DNA from: Macrostomum lignano
Taxonomy: Eukaryota
Direction of reading: 5' to 3'
Length of the DNA: 64,000 nt
Assembly: GCA_002269645.1 (NCBI GenBank)
Contig: NIVC01001903.1
Span: 1-64,000, forward strand
The notes beneath the pieces are model-generated. The model was not told where the DNA came from. It made no database searches and was given only the letters and a program-made list of their open reading frames with translations. How positions within the stretch are numbered: the stretch's first letter is position 1; every line of letters begins with the position of its first letter. Shown in pieces: positions 23,890 to 35,615 of this stretch. The position numbers were made by a program, and so were the translations under genes.

Positions 23890-24410
23890 TCTCGCTCCAC
23901 GTGACTGGTTCGATTCCGTACGCGGCCCGCATGCATATCGGGCCTGTGCACGAAAGTTGGCCCAAGGGGTTGTCCTGCGATTCTCGCCCACATGAGGGCC
24001 TAACCCCAAGGCGCAGAGAGTGTGCATCCCCTGACGATTAGAAAGTCAAAAAGGGGCCCTGTGTGAGCGTGTGCACGAGTGCGTGCCTGCTTACAGTATT
24101 GGCGCGCTTGTGTGTGCTTGGTTGAGTGGGCCGTAGCCCAGCGGTCTAGCGCAGGCTCTGGTGTGCCAGCGACCCAGGCTCGATTCCAAGTGCAGTCGCA
24201 TTAATTTGAGGCTGAATTGGAATCTCGGCTTGGCTCTGCTCGTGCAATTAACGGCCTTGAGAGCCAACCCCCCAAGGCGCAGTGAAGTGTACATGCCTAA
24301 CGATAATATAAAGTTAGGGCCGCTGTACACTCCTGTGTGAGTGTGTGCCTGCGTACGTATCCGCGCGCTTGTGTGCCTGCTCAGGGGAGTCGGCGGAATG
24401 GGCAGTAATG
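23890..24410 (+). mobile_element. Two tandem copies of a tRNA-derived SINE (about 23890-24125 and 24128-24410)
   Basis: A-box (TAGCCCAGCGG) and B-box (GGTTCGATTCC / GGCTCGATTCC) heads; shared core ccaaggcgcag..gtgtacatgcc..acgat..aaagt..tgtgtgagcgtgtg also seen at 35480-35600. Confidence 0.6.
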
Positions 24411-25120
24411 CCTCTCGCCGGTTGTGTGCCAATGTCGCTTAAAGTGCGCCAGGGTGCACACAACCCCCCTGCTTCTAATAAAAAAAAATTATGTGCTTAG
24501 GAGTCGGCGGAATGGGCAGAATTGCCTTAGAATTGCAGAAGAGCAGTTATAGGGAGAGCACTTAAGCTTTCCTCTCCTAGCTACCGTTAATTAACTAGCT
24601 AGGAAGAATTGGATCCAGCTAAGTTAATTACACATTTGATTTCTGCTCTCGCTGAAATACAGACTGTTTACTCTGCAACTGAAGCAGGTTTAGCACCCAC
24701 CCATGGCAACTGGACGAACGGGCCGCATGGCTCGCTATTCAAATATTTGCCCAAACGTTAATTGCATTAGCAAAACGCCGAGCCTATTTCCAGTGCCTGC
24801 ATTTAGCGCTTGACTAGTGCGTATCCAATGGCAACGGTGACTAGTTACTTTGGTTTATTCAAGCCCTTCCGCAGTTGGCATTAGCCTGTGTATGAAAAAA
24901 AAGATCGCGCATCTTTCACTACAGATCTATCTAGTCACCTCACTGCCCAAGTAAGCCCGGGGATCAATGCCTGCTTCCTAAATTTCAGAGCCAAAAAATT
25001 CCCAGAAATCCAATTCAGAAAATAAAACAAAAACCACTGTAAACAGTATCAATGAATAGGGTAGTCAATAGAATGTCAATGCCTTTCATAAGCTTTCAAA
25101 TCTCAGTTAGTCAAGTTTCA

Positions 25121-26443
25121 TTAAGAAAACTGAAGATACGGCCCCATCAGAAAGACTACAATTATGACGGCGGTAGCAACCACTCCGAACAGCGACAAGA
25201 ATCTCTCGATCGCGCGGGCGGCCACCACCCAGTCTGAACCGACCGATTTCTGTTCCGCCGCAGGCGGTTTCTGAACTCCGTCGCCGTCGCCCTCAGCCTC
25301 AGCCGGATTCTGCTGGCCCACCTGTGACGCTGTGGCGCCGCTGACGCAGAGAAGGCGGCCCAGGCATCGAACAAAGACCGTCCGAGCGCATTTCGGCATG
25401 CGGCTGCCCTCCGGTCTGAAGTGGAACAGCATGACCAGCGATGTCAGCAGCAGCGACACGGTAGACAGCATCATGGCGGCCGTGATGAACAGGGCGATGG
25501 CGGGCATCTTGTGCGACTTCGGCAGGATTCCGTCCAGAAGCAGCAAGAACACGGTGTAGCTGAGCATGATTGTGATGCCGAATCCCAGCTTCTCACCGGA
25601 CTCCAGGGGCAGAAAGTACACCAGCACTTGAAGCAAAGTTAGGAGCAACAAAGGCGTGATGATGTTGATGAAATAGTACGTTGACACTCGCTTCAAGTGC
25701 AATCGCAGAACAAAGGTCGAAAGTTCGGTCTCGTTGTGTCCTTCGATTATAAAATATTTTTTGGTTTCCAAATCTGCTGTAGCATTTTTCAATATCCACT
25801 CGTTGCTAGGCTTGTAGATTCCTGTCACCCGCATGGGCATTGCGCTGCGAACAGGCCGCACTGCATCAGGATTGGCGTCAGTTGCAAGGAAGAACAGCAG
25901 CTCGCAAGTGTGCTGGTCGTACGGAAAGTCGGACATGTTGAATTGGCAAAAAAATTCGAACTCCCGGCGCCAGGATGAAGTAACCGTCGTCACGCTTGAA
26001 CTCTTAGACATCAGTGTAAGTCGGATTCGAGGAATCAGAATCTGTTCATCGCCGTTACCGTTGTATGTCATGATGATTGGGTACCAAATTTTTGCAGGGT
26101 CCCAGCTAGTAGAACTGACGCCACCAAAGTCGGCAGGATTCCACACGAGTCGCTCCTCTTCCCAGCTGACTTGAACGTAGGCAGCGATTTTGATGTTCTG
26201 CTTGGCAGTGTCCACTGAGACTAAATGGCTGACCATGATGTCTAACGACACGTTGACTTTGTTTGTCTTGTTTAGTATTGGCAAAATAAATTGGCTGTAG
26301 TTTGCAACTTTGTTGTTCAGGTGCTGCATTAGCAGGACATCGTAATCAGTAGCTAGTGTCGAGGCTAAGACCGAAACCAGCAGGATGAACGAGAATAACA
26401 TTTTTTGTCTCATTCTGCAGTGCATTGCTGATCGCATAGACAA
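25121..26443 (-). CDS. Intronless divergent Cys-loop ligand-gated ion channel subunit A (nAChR/5-HT3-like, cation type), up to 440 aa
   Basis: Signal peptide; Cys-loop C-QFNMSDFPYDQHT-C; four TMs; M2 SGEKLGFGITIMLSYTVFLLLL with Glu at -1'; no vicinal Cys; single open frame. Confidence 0.93.
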   Translation of the reverse strand: MSMRSAMHCRMRQKMLFSFILLVSVLASTLATDYDVLLMQHLNNKVANYSQFILPILNKTNKVNVSLDIMVSHLVSVDTAKQNIKIAAYVQVSWEEERLVWNPADFGGVSSTSWDPAKIWYPIIMTYNGNGDEQILIPRIRLTLMSKSSSVTTVTSSWRREFEFFCQFNMSDFPYDQHTCELLFFLATDANPDAVRPVRSAMPMRVTGIYKPSNEWILKNATADLETKKYFIIEGHNETELSTFVLRLHLKRVSTYYFINIITPLLLLTLLQVLVYFLPLESGEKLGFGITIMLSYTVFLLLLDGILPKSHKMPAIALFITAAMMLSTVSLLLTSLVMLFHFRPEGSRMPKCARTVFVRCLGRLLCVSGATASQVGQQNPAEAEGDGDGVQKPPAAEQKSVGSDWVVAARAIERFLSLFGVVATAVIIVVFLMGPYLQFS

Positions 26444-26784
26444 CTGGTATGTCTGCTAAAATAGTCCTAATGCCGTTTCAGCCCGACCAGTTACAGGTTA
26501 GGCTCAAAGATCGCCTGAGAATCCGTTCGCTGCTTTTATTTTATTGGACAGATAGAGACGGCTTTTATCGCTATTGACACAAGAACGTAATGCAGCGCCA
26601 GTGTCATTAAATTACTACCGAGATATTTGATGAGTCTCTGATAAATTATTTAGTTTGATTAATAATATTCCTTTCTCAGCAAAGCTATGGAATATAGCTC
26701 GTGCAAGCTTAATGGATAAATCTGTGTTAGATGTTGAAGAAAAAAGAGCAGAAATGGTTTAGAAATAACAATTATACCGATCGT

Positions 26785-27170
26785 TACCGACCGGGCGGAA
26801 TGCGTGGTGGTCGCCTAGGTCGGTGCACTTGGCCGATTTGCGGGCCTCGACCGAGGTGGCAGCTGCGCTGTGGGCGGACGGTAGAGGCATGCAGGTGACT
26901 TGGGAAGCAGGTGTGCGTGATATAGTCGCGTCCCAAGCAACGGCTGCCCGCGCTCGAAAGCTGCCACCGTGGCGTCATCGAAGCGGCAAGAGATGGACAG
27001 CTCAATGTCCGAGAGGCGCGTGACCTCGCGGCTGCTTGGCAGACAGGTAAAAAAGGCGGCAGACTCTGGGATTGAGGCAGAGTGCAGCCTGGCCATGTCC
27101 CTTGGCTCCGAGAGGCTGGCAGTCAGCGCCAGATGGTGGGCAAGGAAAGCTGCTCTTGCCAGGAGCGGGT
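26785..27170 (-). mobile_element. Degenerate 3' fragment of a CRE/SLACS-type non-LTR retrotransposon (restriction-like endonuclease region)
   Basis: DMARLHSASIPESAAFFTCLPSS...TRLSD.EL.IS and, in a second frame, AWDAT...AAATSVEARKSAKCTDLGDHHAFRPVG resemble the C-terminus of CRE-clade ORFs; zinc knuckle deleted. Confidence 0.55.
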
Positions 27171-27479
27171 GTGAAGAAATGGAGCACGTATTTCTGTTAA
27201 ATAAATATCTAAAGAAGTAATGGAGCACATTAGACGATAAACATAAAGAACTGAGTCACTGTACTTTATCATACAGAACAAATGAATCCTGAGGCATAGC
27301 AGACATATAAATGAAGCTTAATATAAAGTATTAATATAACGGTTGACATTATTTACATTCAAATATTTTATTAGGCTATATCCAATATTTTCCCTTAATA
27401 TCGCTAGGTCTATTCGAGAGAGCTATTTATTTGTCCCTAGACAACTACGGTAAAATAATTCAGGAATGGTATGTACTCG

Positions 27480-27773
27480 TCCCGGGAAAAAACATGCCAA
27501 ACTTCCCAAGTCAGCAATCATGTACATGTGCTTGGTTGACATTTTTGACTTACCAAGTTTGGGAAGTATCATTATCATGAACTGTCTACATCCAAGTACT
27601 TGGAAAGTACTTAAGAAGTGACTTAAGAAAACATTGCATACTCGTACTTATAAAGTACCTATCGAATATAAACTTGGAAAACTTGAAAAGTACTTAGGCG
27701 ATACTTGCCACGAGGTTGCATTGTTGACTTACCAAGTACTTGGCAAGTTTGGTTTGTTTGTTTTTCTCGGGGT
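27480..27773. mobile_element. Possible MITE with imperfect 30-bp TIRs
   Basis: cccgggaaaaaacatgccaaacttcccaag vs reverse complement ccgagaaaaacaaacaaaccaaacttgccaag; no clear TSD. Confidence 0.3.
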
Positions 27774-28313
27774 ATTCCCCACTGGATACGAGAAGTCAAA
27801 ACAACAACAACAGCAAATGTCCGAGTCCTTAGATGGCAGCGTAACAGGGTTGCAAGAAGCGTCACCAGAATGTAGCTTTTGTCTTATTTCTAAAATAGCG
27901 AACGTACTAATTCAAAGATTTAAATTGCTGTGATATGACTAGTTTATTTTTAATTTTTTAACAGTTTAGCTACGTCTCGTTTTTTGGGTGAGGCGTTGCG
28001 ACAACATTTATATCTAGCTAACGAAAATATAATGTTCAAGAGGGTTTATCTGGATAAAGCATAATTGCGTGCAGCTGAGATCATAAGCATTTCTTGGGTG
28101 GACAAGGAGTACAGCGAGAGTGCAAGTTGAAATCTAGTAAACTTTATTTATCGACCGAATCTACTGAAAATGTTTCGAAAAAGATCAAAACAATATTTAA
28201 AAAATAGGCTCATTCTTGAGTTAGCAATGGGTTAAATTTCAAACAAGATTATTTAAGCAGACAGTCCTAAATCCATTGCGCAGTTTTAGATTCTTCTTAC
28301 GCTCGTATACAGC

Positions 28314-29618
28314 TTAGTCTTGATTTTGAATCATGGGTTTCAAAACAAACACTCCGATGATTGCAGCTGTGGCGAAAACTCCCAGACCCACCATCAGCCT
28401 CTCAATCGCGTAGGAAGCCACAATCCATTCCGACTTCACCACGGGAGCTGAGTCGTCCATCTTGCGCACACTGGACTCGCTTGCCGCTGCGTCAGCAGTC
28501 GGAGTCTCACCGACCTGCGCACTGGACGAGCCGTTCACGCAGAACACGCGTCCAAGGAATCGGACAAAGAAGCCTCGGGCGCATGCGGGCATCTTGGTGC
28601 CCTCCGGAGCGTAGTGAAATCGCATGATTAGCGAAGTTAACAGCAGTGACACCGTTGACAGGATCATGGCAGACGTGATGAACGATGCAATAGCTGGTGT
28701 TGACTGCGACTTCGGCAGGATGCCGTCCAGAAGCAGCAGAAACACGGTATAACTGAGCATGATTGTGATGCCGAATCCCAGTTTCTCGCCGGATTCGAGT
28801 GGTACAAAGTACACCAGCACTTGAAGCAGAGTCAACAGCAACAGCGGAGTGATTACGCTTATCAAATAGTACGTTGAAACTCTTTTAAACTGCACCTTGA
28901 TGATATAAGATGGGAGCATTTGCTTCGCAGCTACTCCGCGAATCAAATTGTAAGCCCTATATTCAGCTTTTGAGGATGCATTCACTAATGTCCACTCGCT
29001 GCTCTCTGTGTATAGCGCCTTTATATTGAATGGGTAATTGGTCTTCGCTATTGGAATAACCATCGAATTTCCGTGCCCCTGGTCGCTGAAGAAGAACTCC
29101 AACTCGCAGTCGTGCTGATCCCAAGGGAATTTTGACACGTCAAATTGGCAGGCGAATTCGAACTCGCGACGCCACATTGCAGTAACTTGCGTACTGTTCA
29201 CTGTTGTCGACAAAAGATCTACCGGCATCTGCGGCTCAAGGAGCTGCCCATCTCCGATTCCATTATAAACTATTATGACGGGAAACCAGATCTCTGACGC
29301 GTCCCGGTTAATCACTTTCACGCCGCCAAACTTCTTCGGATCCCAAACCAGTCGATCCTCCTCCCACACAGCCTGAATGATTGCTGATATTTTTATGCTC
29401 TGCTTTGCCGTGTCCACAGACACAATCTGACACAGAAGCGAGTCCATTACGATTTGAATGACCTTGTCCTTGTTAATTCTTGGCAACAGATTCGGACTGA
29501 AATAGCTGATGTTGTTCTTTAAATACGTGTCAAGTTCACCCTCGAAGTCCTGCTGTCCCTGGACACCAGCCGCTGTCAGCAATAGTGTGACGAAAATAGC
29601 AAACAGAGTTGGTTTCAT
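28314..29618 (-). CDS. Intronless divergent Cys-loop channel subunit B, 434 aa
   Basis: Signal peptide; C-QFDVSKFPWDQHD-C; identical M2 peptide to subunit A; no vicinal Cys. Confidence 0.93.
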   Translation of the reverse strand: MKPTLFAIFVTLLLTAAGVQGQQDFEGELDTYLKNNISYFSPNLLPRINKDKVIQIVMDSLLCQIVSVDTAKQSIKISAIIQAVWEEDRLVWDPKKFGGVKVINRDASEIWFPVIIVYNGIGDGQLLEPQMPVDLLSTTVNSTQVTAMWRREFEFACQFDVSKFPWDQHDCELEFFFSDQGHGNSMVIPIAKTNYPFNIKALYTESSEWTLVNASSKAEYRAYNLIRGVAAKQMLPSYIIKVQFKRVSTYYLISVITPLLLLTLLQVLVYFVPLESGEKLGFGITIMLSYTVFLLLLDGILPKSQSTPAIASFITSAMILSTVSLLLTSLIMRFHYAPEGTKMPACARGFFVRFLGRVFCVNGSSSAQVGETPTADAAASESSVRKMDDSAPVVKSEWIVASYAIERLMVGLGVFATAAIIGVFVLKPMIQNQD

Positions 29619-30425
29619 GTTTGACTGTCAGCTAGTTCTGCTTTGGTATGCCTCGGTTCTCAAGAGAAATTCAGCCTACTTTTGTTATAAATATGGAGTC
29701 TGTCCAAACAAAGGGTTTGTATGAAATTGATTGGCTAGCTGTGTGGCTTCTCACGGGAGTCACGCACATACAGCATGCACATTTGAGTGGTGCTTCTAAC
29801 ACAATGCCTACCTGAGAGGTAACAACTATACAAAGTGATTGATTGATTTGAATAGGGAAATCAAGCAAACGGTCGCGCACAATCATATACATGTAGACGA
29901 GCTGATTAATAATCAATTCAGATGAAAAAATGGAAGCCATGATTGATGCCCAAACCTATTTCAGTGGCCGTTCTAGTGCCTTTCAATTAACCATCATTAA
30001 TTGTTTCGCTGTCGCAGCAATGAGCAGGTAAGAATGATGAGGGTTTGTCGGACGGAAAGCCAAGCCCACTAACCGATCTCATCGCAGATTAACAACGGCC
30101 CTTTTCTTTATTGACTCAATTACGTTACTTGCTTTATCAAACATTCTAAACTACTCATTGTAGCAAAAAATTTTTTTTGCTAACTTGTCTTTTTGGTGAC
30201 ATTATCGTTATATTGAAGATTATTCAGACAGAAGAAGTACTGGTGTGCAGAAAATGTAGCAGATAGCAGTAGTGCCTTATTAGGCAAAAATATAAATAGA
30301 TTTCTAATAAATTGTTTCTTTTAGAATAATGATGCGTGATGCGCATTTTCTCGCGCTGGATCCTCAAAAACAGAGAAAGATGTGACCTTCAGTGCAACTG
30401 TTAGCTGCAAAAGTGCAAATCCAAG

Positions 30426-31729
30426 TCAGCATTTGTGCGGCGAACCCCAGTAGGGCTTGATGATGAGGCCACCCAGCAGGGCGGCTGTGGCTGCAACACC
30501 CAGAGCTACCATCAGCCGCTCGACAGACTTTGTTGCCACCGTCCAATCCGATTGAATCCGGCTGGCGTCTTCATCCACTTTTCTAACGTTGGTCCGGCTA
30601 TTGTCGCTATTTTCCGTCCGAACCGTCGCGTCGCTACCTTTCACGCACAGCAGACGGCCTAGAAACCGGACGAGAACGACTCTAAGGCAGGTTGGCATTC
30701 CATCATCTCCAGGCGTGAGGTGAAGTCGCATTGTCAAAGAAGTCAGTAGGAGAGATCCTGTGGACAGAATCATCGCAGACGTGATGAAATATGCTACAAA
30801 TGGCAGCTTTTGTGACTTTGGTAGAATGCCGTCCAGGAGCAGCAGGAACACAGTGTAGCTGAGCATGATTGTGATGCCGAATCCCAGCTTCTCACCGGAC
30901 TCCAGTGGCACAAAGTACACCAGCACTTGAAGAACAGACAACAAAATGAGCGGTGCAATGATGTTCACGAAGTAATAATTTGATACTCGACAGATCTGAA
31001 GCCTTAATTCGTACGTTGGAAGCAGCGCCTTTCTCGAACCTTGAACCAGAGCGTACTCCTTGAACTCTGCAGACGTGGAGAAGTTCAGAAGTGTCCATTC
31101 GCTGCTATTTTGGTATAGAACTAGCGGGTTATACGGAAACAGTTTGTTGACCTCAGGTTGTACCACAGAATTGTTCCGTTCAGGATCGATGAAGCAGAAT
31201 GATATAGAGCAGTCGTGCATGTCCACGGGAAACTGGCTTACGTCAAACTTGCACGTGAATTCGAACTCGCGACGCCATAGAGCCGTGACTTGGGTTAAGT
31301 TGGGTGATCGCGACGTTAGGAAAACTGGCGTTTTTGATTGCAGCACCTGATCCTGTCCTACACCGTTGTACATCAAAATCAAAGGGCTCCAGATTTCATC
31401 AGCTTTCCAATTAATAACGGAACATTACCGAATTTGCTCGAATTCCAAACCAGCCGCTCCTCTTCCCATTTTCCTTGAAGCAATGCGCTTACACGTATCG
31501 TCTGCTTCGCCGTGTCGACCGCAGTAATGTGGGTTAGCAGAGTGTCCATCCTGACAGCAATTTTAGCTTTCGGCTCCACCTTGGGCAGGAGCAGGGGACT
31601 GTAATTGGTGATGTTGTTCTTCAAGTACTGTATCACGTTAGCCTGGTGGTCCACCCAACCATAGCTGTTGCAGAAGAAACAGACAGCAAGAACAGTAAGA
31701 ACGGCTGAGAGATTTCGTAGCAGAGCCAT
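30426..31729 (-). CDS. Intronless divergent Cys-loop channel subunit C (one 1-nt frameshift at about 31420, probably a sequencing error)
   Basis: ORF 31379-31750 (signal peptide, ECD N-half) plus ORF 30426-31382 (C-KFDVSQFPVDMHD-C, M1-M4). Restoring one T in gttccg gives continuous NVSVINWKADEIWSPLILMYN. Confidence 0.9.
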
Positions 31730-33189
31730 GGCGCTAAGCTTTCTCTGCACTGATCAAAACGGTTCAGAGCTCTGGACACGCTCATCAACAGTTATATCCT
31801 AAATGAAATTATATCTTCGCTTATTTCCAGTGTTTGCGATCGATAGACTGCATACACGGTGGCTAATAAAATGTTTGCCCATCAGCGGTCTCCATCAACT
31901 GCATCTGAGCCTTCCGACTCACAGTTAGAAAGCGCGATTGTCGTGTCAGTCTGTTTAAACTGCAATTTATTTGTCCGGCATTATCCTGAGCAAACAATTG
32001 GCCATTAGCGTTGCCAAGCTGACGATTATCAGGTTCGCGACTTGGTTAAGGCAAACAGACGAACATGCAGGCGAGAACTCAGAATAAATTGAATAAATTG
32101 ATAACAGCTACGTGGGTAGAATTGCTTTACTACAGTTTCACGTGCATGTAACACTTCATTGCATTTGAGTTAACTACAACTGCGAGTAAACATGTTCGAA
32201 ATTTCATGTGAATATTTGTGTCACCACAAATTTGCGGTGGAATCAGAATTGAATTGTTTCCAGATTACGTTTGCACAACTGCTCTATTTCAAGCCCTGCA
32301 GGTGCGCAGCGAAGATGCGTTTTGCCTTTAACTCTTCCTTTTCCATTACACCGCTCCCAAAAGGTTTAGCTGCCTTTCTCTGTACTAGTTAGACACTTCA
32401 GTAGCTGGCCTAAGTAGGTGAGAGCCGCTCCTGTTATGCCTGTCAATTGGCTTCAATTGTCTTCGAGACATTTTTTACACAGTTACACAATTATTGTATC
32501 ACAAAACACCCCCCTCTGGTAGCCTAGTATTCCCGCGGTAGCTTCTTCAATTCAAGAACTGATGCTGTTATATGCTTTGGTATAATGTAACTTGGGCTGC
32601 TCTGATGGCGAGCTAAGGAGCTTAAAACAATATATTTAATCGCCCTGCCTCTTAGCACGTAGACGGTGGAGGTCAGGGCCATAGACATGGATATACTTAG
32701 TAAGAGTCCATCCACATCAGATGCTTTAGTTGACTTTGAATCGATGGATGGAATCGATTCTATTAGCATTTAAAAGAAGACAGTTTGTGACATCTTGCTG
32801 GGTAAAATAGAAAAAAAGCAATTCCTTCCATCCTTAAGATTTAGCCAGGTTCTTAACAAGATGCCGATTAGTATAAAACGTGACGCTTATTAGGGCCCTA
32901 ACCAACGCGCAAAATCCTAAATTAAATTACAATTATTCTGAAGACTGAAGACATCAATGCTGAAACTCCTTATTAGAATAATCATCACCTCCTGCAGCGC
33001 TGCAGGGGCAACAGTCTGGGCCGCAGATGATGAAGTGCAGATCAATAAGAGCCGTGGGCAACAACTTTAGTTGGTCATACTTCTATTCATAGATAGATAA
33101 GATAGATAAGATTTATAGATAAGAAACTTAGCGCAAATCAATCTCTTCCTCTCGATCGTTTGCTCCGCTGATTGCGTAACAATGTCCTC

Positions 33190-33531
33190 AAAATTCTTTC
33201 CCTGCATCGGCAGGTGTCGCCCAGCTCGACCAGCTCAGCCGGTCGTTGATGGGCCTCGGCCGCTATTTCCCCGTCTCCTGGGTCGTCCTCGCAGCAGCGA
33301 CACTGATCAGGGCCTGATGTCGCTCAGCTCAGGGTGCCCACCCGAACGGCAACAAATGAGTCCGGATCTACTTTCCTTTGAACTTCACGGTCACTGGCTT
33401 CCTAGTGTTTGGCAACAGCACCAGGGCGGAGAACCCGGGCCGGGTGACTCATTTCTACGCTGGCCACTCGCCCAGGAAATCGCTGATGACCCCCTCGATC
33501 GTGTACTCGTCTGACACCTTCAACAACAGGG
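33190..33531 (+). pseudogene. Decayed exon of an unidentified (possibly discoidin/F5-8-like) gene; possible second exon at about 35630-36080
   Basis: Protein-like frame with two in-frame TGA (..GNK*VRIYFPLNFTVTGFLVFGN..FNNR|GTGAGC); second GC-rich block (GLE*QPLDGELKF..) also carries a TGA. Confidence 0.3.
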
Positions 33532-34027
33532 TGAGCCAGGCAGGTTTTTCAAACCCTAAAAGCCCAGCCTAAGTGTTTAGACATAACATTCACGTGTTTC
33601 GACTGGAGTTCTAATGGTTTAATGTATTAATCAGAAAACTTTCTGTGGTTGCCATGCAGTCTCAGTGCTTTGAATTTTGACCATTGTTGGTTTGTAAGTG
33701 TTTTGCGAATAGTGTTAGCTCGTCTCGTTGGTTCTAGAATGTCTTGGTGGTCAACCCGACTGGACTGATTTGATATGTACCATGCCTATCCACCCAAACT
33801 TGTGTGCCCAGTTTTGTAATTAACTTTTAATCCTTTGTCAATGTTACAACTTCTCGAATCAAATATAAGAACAACTTCTTACTTCGTTTAATAAATTTTG
33901 TGAGCCCCTAACGATGTCCATTGTGGAAGAAATGCATCGGCATTGATAAAACCGAATGCTCGCAGAGTTCATGTTGATTATTACTTTCATTTACTTACTT
34001 TTCGTCAAGCAAGCTAAATTACCTGTA

Positions 34028-35196
34028 TTCTATTCTATTCTATTCTATTCTATTCTATTCTATTCTATTCTATTCTATTCTATTCTATTCTATTCTATTC
34101 TATTCTATTCTATTCTATTCTATTCTATTTGTAGAGAACTGTAAATCATATCAGAACGCACTACTTAAAGTAATATTCTAACAAAATCAATTTAAACTCG
34201 CAATCTATTTTTAGAATGAGTCATGATGAGTCATATCTATTTTTAGAAATTCTATTTTTAGAATGAGTCACATGCAAACAGAAGTGACTCAGAGCCCTAC
34301 GTAGGACCGACGTTTATTTGATCAAGAAACCGGTTCTCGGGAATTTTATTTGCTTAATTCCATATATGGTAATGATCAAACATTCATGACCTCCTAATCA
34401 AACATACGTGACCTAAGTAAATAACCGATTTTGAACCAGTTTTTCACCAACATTTTACTATAAATATAAGCAAAAATCTGAGTCAAAAACTCAGACTCGG
34501 AGCGGTCTCAAGGAAGACTTTGGAATACGTTAACCGAAGAAGACTCATCTCTGAGAGAAGAAATCCGGATAGATTGGTAAGCGTTTACCCGATTTAGTTA
34601 ATTGTTAATAGCGCTAATAAGTTGATTAATTGAGTTTACGAGAGCCACTTATTGTCGACACATTTGAGAAAGGCCTCCTTGTTTCCTAGGATACATTCCT
34701 AGAGGATTTATTGAATTGAATTGAGTTATCCGTTACGTTTCGGACGTAACGAAGAAGACGCCCTTCAGGAGGACCTATTACAGAAAGTTATAGAGAATTC
34801 AATTGTTCATAAGGGCGCACGTGCACGTTCTATTGTTCATTCCGAGCTCGAGGACCGTCAAGAATTCTGATTCGCTCTCGTGTTGGTCGACCCACAGATA
34901 AAGTTAAGGACTCCAAGAAACAACAGTTGTTCACCGGAACCGGCCGCCGCCCAGCTCAGCCAAGCCAGACAGCGCTGCACACTACAAGAACCAGACGTCT
35001 ACAAACCACTAGAGGATCCGCCGCAGTCCGACTTGTATATACCTAGGCACTTGTTCCCCAGTGTCTAGAAGTGAGAGTTTATTGAGTGACTGATCACCAC
35101 TCAATATAAACTCTTCATATTCTATTCTATTCTATTCTATTCTGTTCTATTCTATTCTATTCTATTCTATTCTATTCTATTCTATTCTATTCTATT
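34028..35196. repeat. (TATTC)n microsatellite split by a solo LTR
   Basis: Pure TATTC runs at 34028-34129 and 35118-35196. Confidence 0.95.
34130..35117 (+). mobile_element. Solo LTR (988 bp) of a third Gypsy-like family
   Basis: TGTAGAGA...CTCTTCA termini, TSD TATT within the microsatellite, TATA (tataaatata at about 34460), MEF2/AP-1 cluster at 34205-34291. Confidence 0.85.
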
Positions 35197-35340
35197 AGCC
35201 ATCGCTTTGTTCCACCAAAGGCATCCCTTTCACATACAGTGCAAGTACTGCTTAAAATTCAGAATTACACAGAATACTGCATCCAAATTGCTAATTGAGC
35301 ACTATGAGTAGCATGCTAAAATATAGTATTTATAAGTATG

Positions 35341-35615
35341 GGGCAAAGCAGCTCAATGGCAAACGTGTCTGACTTTTGCGCCACGAACCCTGGTTCGATT
35401 CCGTGCCAGGCTGACATTCGTTTTGGGCTTGGGCACGAAAATTAGCCCACGGAGTTGTCGCGTGATTCGACCACTTCCCATGATGGCCAGAGCCAAGGCG
35501 CAGAGAGTGTACATGCCTTGGACGATTAGAAAGTCAAAGGGCCGCGCTGTACACTCTGTGTGAGCGTGTGTACGAGTGCTGTGCCTGCGTGCAGTATTGG
35601 CGCAGCAGCAGCAGC
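35341..35615 (+). mobile_element. tRNA-derived SINE, same family as 23890-24410, ending in (GCA)n
   Basis: CAGCTCAATGG A-box, GGTTCGATTCC B-box, shared core, simple-repeat tail. Confidence 0.65.

Noticed and set aside
35341-35420. tRNA genes at 24128-24200, 35341-35415 and 54470-54530
   Set aside because: A/B boxes are present, but I could not fold a complete cloverleaf, and the first two continue into the shared SINE core.
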